Below are positions 10,551 to 20,084 of a DNA stretch of 64,000 nucleotides, in pieces; position 1 is the stretch's first letter, and the number at the start of each line of letters is the position of its first letter. The stretch is from the NCBI RefSeq assembly GCF_002105155.1, contig NW_019028982.1, forward strand, positions 496,001 to 560,000, given 5' to 3'. The notes under the pieces are model-generated. The model made no database searches. It had not been told where the DNA came from and saw only the letters and a list, made by a program, of their open reading frames with translations. The stretch is from Lobosporangium transversale. Lineage: Eukaryota. The translations under genes were made by a program, and so were the position numbers.

Positions 10551-12626
10551 ATGACACTATCCCTACAGTCTCTGTCTTCATCTCCACTAAACCTCACAGA
10601 GATTCTTCAAACGATATTATCCCTGCTGGACCCTCCGAGCCTGGTTGCAGCAAGTCAAGTCTCGCGCCACTGGTACCAATGTTGCTCACCAATCCTGTGG
10701 AGTCGTATCGCCAGTTCAGATTGGTCTCTCGCTCGCTTCAGCCCCCGCCAGCTCTATATGCATGCGCATCTCGTCCGAGACTTGGAATGGCGTTCTTCCC
10801 AAAATGCATCTACTCCATACGTTATCACAACAAATGTATCACCACCTCATCAGTCTCTAGGAGACATCAATATGACTACCATTCAACCTGTTATGATTAT
10901 ACGTCAACAAGAACAACAACAGCAGGAGCAACAACACCAACAACAATATATAGATCCACTATTAGACCCGCAATCCGACTCCAAAATATGCAACAATTTC
11001 ATCTTTTTAGACCATCAGTCAGGGAGACATCGATTCCTATCAAAGAATGTAAAGTTGGTTGATGACAACGTTGTCGGTGACCATCAGCTCTCGCTCGCCT
11101 GTCTGAGTAAGATTGTGGCCAGGTGCATAAACATACAACGACTCTGCCTCCATGCAGAATGGAGTGGTATTTACTATGGGATCATGCATGCCATTCATGG
11201 ACTCAAGTTTCTACAATCACTTGAGTTGTATGCACACCGAGTTATCTTGAACTCTGAAAAAATATCTAAATCAACGGCCAATGTAGTTACAAAGTTATTG
11301 AACGTTCAAGAACTGATATCAAAATGCCCTCAACTTCAGAGGCTAGTCCTTCGTGGGGCTGCATTTTGTTTTCAATCAGCATCAACACTATCTCTTTGTG
11401 ATAACCAAGAAAACAAGAGCATCTCTGGATCATGCAAAGGATCTACTCTCAACCAATCAGAAAGTGTGATAAAATTGGCGGCGATTAGTGCGACCAACTT
11501 AAAATTGGAGCACCATCAATATCTGCCGTCACACGAGCTTCTTACCCCACATTCATCTCATCTTTGGCCCTCTTCGCCAATATCTTTGCACGACAACACA
11601 CAGACAAAGTTCTTAATCCAACGTCTTTCTTTAGATACTGCAATAACAGAGAGCGAACTCACTCTTCTACTCTCACAATGTCCATCCCTTCAGTCTCTAG
11701 ATCTTCCAGGAGGGCTCGCCTGGGAGATGTCTGACAGATTTCTCAAAAAGCTGACAAATCATTGCCCTCATCTTATAGAATTTACCATCAACGCATCTTG
11801 TAATGCACCAGTAACAGAGGAGCGGCTCACTGCACTAGTTTTAGCCTTGGCGGTCACACCTCGCCCTTCAGCATCCCTTACTTCCAGCTCTTTACGTCGA
11901 TTCGGTGCTCGGTCCTGCATGTTTGGTGATTCGACATTAGAAGCAATAGAGAAATATTGTCCTGATCTAGAAGAGTTGGATATTTCATTAACAAGAGGGA
12001 GTGATTTGTCAAAGCCGAGGCTGCAACGATATCTGAGACTTGCCACAAAACTAAAGAAGCTGGAGGCAGATGCAGTCTGGATTCCAATGCAAGGTTTACA
12101 GTCCTTACAGGAACATACCAATAATATCAATCAACATCACTTTCATGAAAGTAACTCAACAATCTCTTCAGCCGCCACTACATCATTTTCATTACCATCA
12201 TCGTCAAAGGATTTTTCATCATTGACGGCTTGGGGCAGTAGCAGGACACTCGAGCATCTGACTATTGGGTTCACTAGCCCTGACCGAAATACACACCAAT
12301 GTCGCGCTATGTATGCACTTCTTGCAACGCTGACAGAATTACAACACCTACAACTGTCATATACATGTTTAAAGCTTCTCACGCCAGGTTCAGGTTTCCA
12401 GCGACTTGAGAGCCTCAAAAAGCTGAGGACTTTCAGTATCGAGACATGTGGCTATGGTGTGATTACACGAGAAGATCTGGTTTGGATGGTCACTGCATGG
12501 CCAAAACTAGAGCGGATTGTGATGAACTCTCCAGGAGTCACCAAGGAGAGACAGTATCGGACATGGCTTCGGGAGATCAATAGGGAAGATGTCGCAATTG
12601 AAAGCCGACAGATGCTGTCGTATTAA
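10551..12626 (+). CDS. F-box / leucine-rich-repeat (RNI-like) protein
   Basis: 691-aa ORF. N-terminal F-box (LNLTEILQTILSLLDPPSLVAASQVSRHWYQCCSPILW), LRR-like units (CPQLQRLVL, CPSLQSLDL, CPDLEELDI) and C-terminal WPKLERI. Confidence 0.8.
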   Translation: MTLSLQSLSSSPLNLTEILQTILSLLDPPSLVAASQVSRHWYQCCSPILWSRIASSDWSLARFSPRQLYMHAHLVRDLEWRSSQNASTPYVITTNVSPPHQSLGDINMTTIQPVMIIRQQEQQQQEQQHQQQYIDPLLDPQSDSKICNNFIFLDHQSGRHRFLSKNVKLVDDNVVGDHQLSLACLSKIVARCINIQRLCLHAEWSGIYYGIMHAIHGLKFLQSLELYAHRVILNSEKISKSTANVVTKLLNVQELISKCPQLQRLVLRGAAFCFQSASTLSLCDNQENKSISGSCKGSTLNQSESVIKLAAISATNLKLEHHQYLPSHELLTPHSSHLWPSSPISLHDNTQTKFLIQRLSLDTAITESELTLLLSQCPSLQSLDLPGGLAWEMSDRFLKKLTNHCPHLIEFTINASCNAPVTEERLTALVLALAVTPRPSASLTSSSLRRFGARSCMFGDSTLEAIEKYCPDLEELDISLTRGSDLSKPRLQRYLRLATKLKKLEADAVWIPMQGLQSLQEHTNNINQHHFHESNSTISSAATTSFSLPSSSKDFSSLTAWGSSRTLEHLTIGFTSPDRNTHQCRAMYALLATLTELQHLQLSYTCLKLLTPGSGFQRLESLKKLRTFSIETCGYGVITREDLVWMVTAWPKLERIVMNSPGVTKERQYRTWLREINREDVAIESRQMLSY

Positions 12627-12801
12627 CTTATCCTACAAGTCATATAAACAAATAAGCCTTTTATTTTTTTATTTTTATCTTTATTTTTTTGTTTCCAAAT
12701 ATTATGAAATCTGTATTTAATATCTTACAAGAGCGAGCTCAAAAGGATGAATAAAAAAGAAAGAAAGAAAGAAAAACAAACAAAAAAATCGCGATATATG
12801 G

Positions 12802-15800
12802 CTACGGTGGTGGTGCAATCTTGGCCATGCCCTGCCCTTTAGGTAATTTCTTCTTACTGTCATCATCCAAGTCCTTGTCTTTATAATAATGTGGCGCCAC
12901 TGAGACATGTGCAGCGGGTGTAACAAAGAAAAGGGGAAAAAAAGAGTAGGTAGATTAATATTATGATAGAGTTTAATATTCTATCAGTATATATCCCACA
13001 AATACCCCTTTTGTTACCTTCTTTGAGCCAGTCGCTTTCAATCTCCATGACGACACGCATGAATTCTTTGCTCGTAAGAACCAATTCGAAATAAACCACC
13101 CATTTAGGGTTTATTTGATATAAGGAGCTACTAGGATGGATCATCACCGTCTGGCTACTCTTGATGGTCTTATACGAGTCTCCGGAGCGGTTTAGTCTGG
13201 CAGCATTATAAAAGAATCCAGATGTGATCGCCTTCCTAATCGGTGCTGTGTCTGCTGGGTTCGGATTCGAGACCATCGCAACTTCGGTTCTTTCCATCAG
13301 CCCCACCATTTGATCTCGAATATCGCGGGCTCTTGACATGGATCGATGTTGCAAGAAATTTTCATAACACCACTGGATCGAGTAGTTTGCTTCAACCCAT
13401 TGATCCCAAATATTCAGTAGTGTCAAATGGTCCCCACCAGGTTTGGTCAAATTTTGGCGAGCCTTATCTGCATGCAATTTCTTGTCTTTAGGCCGATAAA
13501 AGACTGCATTTTGAACTGAGAGCATCGCCACGATCGACGCGATCTCCTCAGTACAATGATATTTTTCTGCCATAATCAATGTCTTGGCTAGCATGGGATC
13601 GCCCGGGAACTCCGCCATGCGTCGTCCAAGTTTTGTTAACTGGCCTTTGTCATTTAGCGCACCTAATGCATATAATTGCTCCAATGCTCTCATCAGTGTC
13701 TCTGCAGGCGGAGGATCCATGAAATCAAATCCTAAAATATCGTTGATCCCAAGAGACTTGAGTGTCAAGACCACAGAGTTTAGATTAATTCTTTGAATCT
13801 CAGGTATAGTGTTCTCCTCCAATTCATTATAATACGCCCACTGTGTATACAGTCGAAAGCATTTTCCAGGACCAACTCTTCCTGCTCGTCCTTTTCTTTG
13901 GTTGGCAGAGGCACGTGAGCAAGGCGTCACAACAAGAGATTCCATTCCAGTCTTGGGATTATAGCTGAGCATCTTAGAAAATCCTGGATCAATAACAAAC
14001 TTAACTCCATCAATGGTGATGGATGTTTCTGCAATGTTGGTTGCCAGTACAACTTTGCGCGAGCCTTCTGGGGTCGGCTCAAAGATCTTGCCTTGCATAT
14101 CAGACGGTAGTGACGAATAGATAGGACATACGATTAATTCTTGAATCCTATCACCTAATACTCGACAGGTCTGCTGAAGATTTTCAGCAGCATTGTCGAT
14201 TTCATCTTGCCCAGTCAAAAAGACCAAGATGTCGCCAGGCCCTTGAGAGATGTGGATTTGCATAATTGTAGTAATGGCTGCAGCAAGATAGTTGGCCTCT
14301 GGTGATGTGGTATAATGCACTTCAACAGGGAATGGTCGCCCAGGAATATTGAGAATGGGTGCATCGTCGAAATATTCAGCGAACTTTTCAGCATCCATTG
14401 TTGCACTGGAAATTAAGACCTTGAGATCTGATCGAAGCCGCGCAATATCCTTGACCAAGCCAAGCAAAATATCGGTATGCAATGTTCTCTCGTGAGCCTC
14501 ATCAATGATCAAACAGCTGTATCCAGCTAAGTCTGGCTCACTCATGAACTCTCGAAGCAGCATACCGTCTGTCATGTACTTCATTACCGTCTTCTCGCTT
14601 GTGCAGTCTTCAAACCGAATTGAATAGCCAACCTCGTAGCCCAACTTGACCCCCATCTCTTCTGCTACACGGGCTGCAACACTCATAGCAGCAACACGGC
14701 GTGGTTGTGTGCAACCAATCTTCATACCTCCTTTAGTATACCCTGCCTCATACAAGTACTGAGGCACTTGTGTTGTCTTTCCAGATCCTGTTTCACCAAC
14801 AATCACAATTACTTGAAATTTTTCGACAGCATCCAATAATATTTGTCGATATTGGTAAATAGGTAATGACTCGCGAACCTGCTTGATAGACATTTCCTTA
14901 CGCTCCAACTCAGTGATCCTCTCGAGCAGCTCCTCAGTCTCCCGTTCTTTAGTCTCTTCTTGTTTCTCCAGGATAAAATCTATATTTTGCTCATCAAAAA
15001 CATATTCGTAATCCATCTCCTCTCCCTCCTTAATATCTGACTTTCTAGTTGCATGCTGTCTTGAGGCCCTGACTTGCTGCTCCTCCCATTGATCCTGTTC
15101 TGACACAAATTTGTCCCCAGGCTCTTCCTGGTATCTCCTGTACAGCGCATCATGTTTCTTCTTTTTGTCTAGCTTTCCTTTTTCTGTAATATAATCTTCT
15201 GGCATCTGATACCCATCATATTTGTCATTGATATTCATACGCTCCTCAGCCAGCCTTAAGAGCTCCTTTTTGTATTCCAGATCCTCGCGTTCCTTCCTAG
15301 TCAACTCATTCAGATCAAACAGCTGCTCTTCATCTCGAATCTGCATTCGAAGTTTTTCAATTTGGAGTCCCTCACGTTTTGCAAGATACTCTTGACGGGC
15401 TCTTTCCCTCAATGTCGGGAGAGCCGCCTTTCTCGCTTCTGGATCATCTGCCAAGTTCCTACGTGAATCTGTTTTCGACGATCGATCCTCTACTAATTTC
15501 TTCGTCTTGCTCTCATCCTTGTTTCTCAAGCGATTAGCGAACTCATCTCTTTCTCTAATATCTTCTTCCCGCTCCCGTTCTTTCCTTTCTTCCTCAAGCT
15601 CCTCTATGTTATTGAAATGAAAGGCGAAGTAATAAGGAAAAATAAAAAAAGAAAAATAAATGTCGGGGCCTAGTTACCGACAATGATAAATCATAAGAAA
15701 ACATTGATAGTTGTCAAGGAAATCCAATATTCTTACCTTCAGTCTTTGGTGGTCGTAATTCGCGTTCACGTTCCTCCATTTTGCGACGCTTGTACTCTTT

Positions 15801-16497
15801 TTCTTCTTCGTCACTCTCCCATGCATTTTCGTCTTCCTTTCTCCGAATTTTCTTTTCGCGCTTCTTATCATCTGATGCTCTATCTTTCTCTTTATCCTTG
15901 GCTTTTGAAGATGAGCTCTTTTTTTTCTTTTTCTCGGGTTTCTCGTCACCTTCATCAATGATCAAGCCATATGAGTCATTCATCTCCAATAGCTTCAGCG
16001 CTGCAGCCTCCTCTTGTCTCTTTTTTTTGACTGCATCTGCCGCTGTACTGGCTCCAGATCCAGATGCAGATTTCTTAGACTGAGTCCGTGGAGTACGTTT
16101 AAATAAGTCCTGTGCAAACGCCTGTGTACTGGCATTCGATGTGATCCCCATGTCTTCTAATGCTTTTAGGAGACTTGCCGGGGATTTTGCAGATTGGGCT
16201 ACCGTTGACCACCCCAATAGAAAAAAAAAAAAAAGAAGACAGCAGTTAGAAGCGCTTTTAAGATAACCTCATTTAAATACTTATTCATTTCACCATCAAC
16301 ATACCACACGCAATCAAATAATCCCTTGTGCTATTGTCGGACATCCCAAGGACCTAGAATGTTAGTGATGTCCATGAGAACATTATGATTAGCTAGCCAA
16401 GCGAACATGTTGTTTCTCGCTCTTTTTTACTTTTTGTCTTGGACATTACTTTGATAGATGTATCTGAAACCCATCGCTTGAGCTCTTGTGAATCCAT
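12802..16497 (-). CDS. DHX16: Pre-mRNA splicing DEAH-box helicase, DHX16/Prp2/Cdc28 family (multi-exon)
   Basis: GETGSGKTTQ, TQPRRVAA, DEAHER, SAT, TNIAETSITI, QRKGRAGR, HA2/OB-fold region. First exon MDSQELKRWVSDTSIK (ATG at 16497), last exon VAPHYYKDKDL...APPP* (stop at 12802). N-terminal SRQEYL-like motif is typical of DHX16. Confidence 0.92.
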
Positions 16498-16679
16498 GGT
16501 GAATGCGTATGCTTGTGATCTTATTTACTAAAACTAGAAGAGTTTATAGATCGTAGTGCTGAGAAAGTTGTCTTGAAAGAGTGGCGAAGCAGTTATGAGG
16601 ATTTAACACATTATACGTCATTTGTCGGTTTTAGTGTTTTTTCCTTTCTTTGTCTTTTTTTCACTAAGTACCATCAGGT

Positions 16680-16775
16680 TAGGCTCGTACCCAACCCTCT
16701 TCACTTTATAAAGGTGACAGGAAATTCCATTTCCTTTTTGAGTCACCTAAAGTGAAGGGGCTGGGAACGAGCCTA
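16680..16775. mobile_element. 96-bp non-autonomous TIR element (AcademH-like MITE) with a 9-bp TSD
   Basis: Imperfect TIRs of about 29 bp (TAGGCTCGTACCCAACCCTCTTCACTTTA / TAAAGTGAAGGGGCTGGGAACGAGCCTA). CCATCAGGT is duplicated at 16671-16679 and 16776-16784. Confidence 0.88.
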
Positions 16776-17607
16776 CCATCAGGTATCATGTTAGTCTAAG
16801 TCTAACACCATCGAGCACTAGGGCTCGATTACCTCGCGATCAGTGATCGGGCATGATACGAAAATATTTCTTTTCGCCATACCATCAAACACTGGGCTGG
16901 GAAAAAATGTACTCTCAAAGATACCGAAATAGTGCTGAACATCAGGTGTGCTTAAACTATTGATTCTGGTCGAAACGCTTGAGTGATATTGCAAGGTAGC
17001 TGAATAATGTTGAATGCACCTTTGGAAGAGGCTTTGGATTGGACGACGCCTGGCAAAACACCATCTATTACTCCACTATTTACTACAAATAGTCAAATTA
17101 ACAGGAAGAAAAACTCTATATTCCCAGGACTGGATAAAAAAAGGAACACGAACATTAATGCTGTTCAGTCAGTACCTAAGCCCTTCTCTACAGAGTTATT
17201 AATAATGACAGCAGTTTCTTAACTAGCTTTTCGGGCCATCAGTATAGAGATTCTTCTTACCTAATGTTTATCCTAATATCCTTACCACCTGATACGCCTA
17301 CCATTCCTATGGGATCCATTTTGCGTAGAGAAAACCGCCGTCGTTATTGCAAAACATGTTTATATATATACTGTGTTACCTGTTGCCCATTCACACTTTT
17401 TTTTTTTTGTTTTGCTGGGTGTAAGAGTCCTTGTCGGATAAAGTCACCTGTTTGTAAAAGATGAATGGAGCAAATGGAACAATAAGGTCTTTTTCTTTGT
17501 TGTTTGAACTGTAATGTATACATGTACAAGCACTGTACATGTTATACAAATATATTTATATCATGTGTTTACTGTTATGATTGTTCATACACAGCAATAA
17601 ACCGGTA

Positions 17608-17863
17608 CAGTGGAATCTCGATAATTGTACACTTTTGTACAAATTTCAAATTTGATATATTTCTAGGCCATTGGTTGGCTAAGAGCCTTACTCTTTTAAA
17701 AAAAAGTATTCTAAAAAACCCACACTCAACTGGAGTAGAGGAATCAGCAGAGGATTTTTAGAATAGTTTTTCATGAATTGTGGGCTTCTTAGCCAATCAA
17801 TAACCGAGAAATATAGCAAATTCGAAAATTGTACAAAAGTGTACAATTATCGAGATTCCACTG
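17608..17863. mobile_element. 256-bp Tc1/mariner-superfamily (pogo/Tigger-like) MITE with TA TSD
   Basis: Perfect 35-bp TIR CAGTGGAATCTCGATAATTGTACACTTTTGTACAA, extending imperfectly for about 100 bp. TA at 17606-17607 and 17864-17865. Confidence 0.9.
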
Positions 17864-18920
17864 TATATAAATGTTATAGTTGAATTAAGGTTGGGGGCCA
17901 AAAGCTCACATCAAAAAAAGAGGTCAGTTCACCTCTTTCTTAATTCGAGTCCAAGTGGAATTGCAAAAACATTTTAGCACACCGGTTTTATCAAAGGCTC
18001 AGTTGGCGCAAGACTAGAGAATAAAGAAAATCCTTTCAAGAATGCGCGACCACATTGCACAAGAGGCAAAATTGTTTGTAGCACAAGTCGCCTGTTGGTC
18101 ACTTTGATTCTCTTTCCATTAAGCATGACAAACAATTCCACCATTCATTTATCTCCGCCAGAAAAGAAGCGTCGGAAATAGAGTTTATTCATTTATCTTT
18201 TCTCTTCTCTCTTTCTCCACAAGATCTTCCGCTCTTTGGGGTTTTCTTGAGGCCACAGCTCAAGTCCCATTAAAATATATCAACATAAATGCACTAAGTA
18301 AATACCCCAACTGCATAGCAACTAGCATAGCCGCACCGCCTAACGTACGGCTTCCTTATTTTGCTTTGTCCTAGATACATTACAAAGTAAACAAGGGATC
18401 TTTTATGATATGCCAGAGAAGTTAAAGATCGTCGTACAACCCAGTCATTCACATCGTTACGTTCACAAACATTGTTTATTTATAATCAAATATGTAGTGC
18501 TGTGTTCGAAGTAGAAGAATATGAAATATTTCACAGGCCAAGGTTCACAAGACCAATAAGAATGTATATATTATAGTGTTGGATATGAAGATGATGTAGC
18601 AGGAAAGTTCTTAGAAACCTGTGTGCGCCATCTCTTCACTCTGGATTGAGGAAGGTTTGCCCAATGTCCGCCCTGTGGAGAAATGCATATTTAAAGGCCC
18701 TTTTGTTGTGTCTAAAAGGAAATTATGGGCTGATACTTAAAATTGAGGCGTATTCGCTGGATGTTAAAGTAAATCATGGATCAAAATGCAGCGTATCATA
18801 CCTAAGTTCTAATATTTCTAATGGTATTTTTTAAGGCCTCGATGACAACAGTGACTTTGGATGCAAAACAAAAGTGTCGCATACAGCTGTCCTTATATAT
18901 TTTCCATTATCCTTCATAGT

Positions 18921-19065
18921 CCAGCGACCCTTTCCTGTGTAATCTTTCTCTTTAATAAATCTCGAGCTACAGAACTACCCTTAAACTAAAAATAAACTTT
19001 TTTTTTTTTTTTTTTTTTTTTAAATTCTCTCTGCTGGCTGATCTGGTACTACATCTTTCTTTTTC
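18921..19065 (+). repeat. DIRS left ITR core
   Basis: Reverse complement of 23063-23205, identical except for homopolymer length (T24 vs A22). Confidence 0.95.
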
Positions 19066-19100
19066 TCGAGCTTCCGGAACACGTCCATCTCCATAGAAAA

Positions 19101-20084
19101 ATGAACTTCAACGATAATAATGTCCACAACACATACACTGCTTCTAACTCTACGGACGGCAATCCCGGTCCTTCGATCCTGGAGGGCAACCCCGCTCCAC
19201 CATCCACCCTACCCAGTAACACTTCCCTTCCAGAAAACAGATATGCCCTCCCTCCGGAGATCCTGCAAGCTATCAGTGCTCTCACGCAGTTCTCCCAGAA
19301 CGGAGGCGCGTTCCACCAGCCAGACACACCAATCCAAGACCCATTTATGCGTCGCGCGGAGCCCCTGTGCTACCTGGCACCCTACGAGGATTTGGAACAG
19401 GTCATGCCTTCCCTCAAGAGACGAAAAGAATTCCACACAGTTAAGTTTAATGACGAGGAACAACGTTACTACGATATTAGCCAATTTCCAAAAGTGGAAG
19501 ATATGGAATACACACCTCCAGCAATCCCCAAAGAATGGGCTATTTCCGATAGTCTCAAGAATGCTGATCAGAAATTGGTCACACTGGCAACAAAAGCAGC
19601 ACACATTACGAGGCCACTCGCTGCAACAGCGCATGCACTTGTCTCTCAAAACGGTAAGGACGTTCCAGTACTACATATCCTCCGCACCCTGGATACAGTC
19701 CAAACTCAAATATCCATGCTCTGCGAGCAGATCAATAAAATCCGCACTGAAGCATTCTACAAGGAAAAGAAATTTATCACTCCTCCAGACACATCGACCA
19801 GACGCCAACTGGTCGAAACAGCCGATTTACTTGAACATGCCAAGCTTTCGCAAAATGTCAAGAAATACAGCAATCCTAACCGAGGTAGAGACTACCGAGG
19901 CAGGCAAGGTCGCTTTGGAAACAATTCAGCTACTCAAACACAGCAGTATCAACAAGCGACCCCTCAGACTCAAAGCCAACAAACAACGCAACCACAGCAA
20001 AATAATAATTACGGCTTGGGCGGCCAATTTTTTCGGAGCTCCCCTTCCACACGGGGAAGGGGACAAGGAAGGGGGCGCCAGTAG
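19101..20084 (+). CDS. DIRS gag-like ORF1 (327 aa)
   Basis: First ORF after the left ITR. Helical core (DQKLVTLATKAAHITRPL) and basic RG/Q-rich C-terminus. Assignment is by position. Confidence 0.8.
   Translation: MNFNDNNVHNTYTASNSTDGNPGPSILEGNPAPPSTLPSNTSLPENRYALPPEILQAISALTQFSQNGGAFHQPDTPIQDPFMRRAEPLCYLAPYEDLEQVMPSLKRRKEFHTVKFNDEEQRYYDISQFPKVEDMEYTPPAIPKEWAISDSLKNADQKLVTLATKAAHITRPLAATAHALVSQNGKDVPVLHILRTLDTVQTQISMLCEQINKIRTEAFYKEKKFITPPDTSTRRQLVETADLLEHAKLSQNVKKYSNPNRGRDYRGRQGRFGNNSATQTQQYQQATPQTQSQQTTQPQQNNNYGLGGQFFRSSPSTRGRGQGRGRQ

Noticed and set aside
10490..11062. 190-aa ORF overlapping the F-box gene
   Set aside because: Alternate-frame shadow of a CAA-rich coding region.
16680..16775. 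Tc1/mariner (TA TSD) or Mutator assignment for the 96-bp element
   Set aside because: The TA belongs to the TIR and a 9-bp TSD lies outside it. Mutator is not excluded, but the shared terminus beside a DUF6589 gene favours Academ-like.
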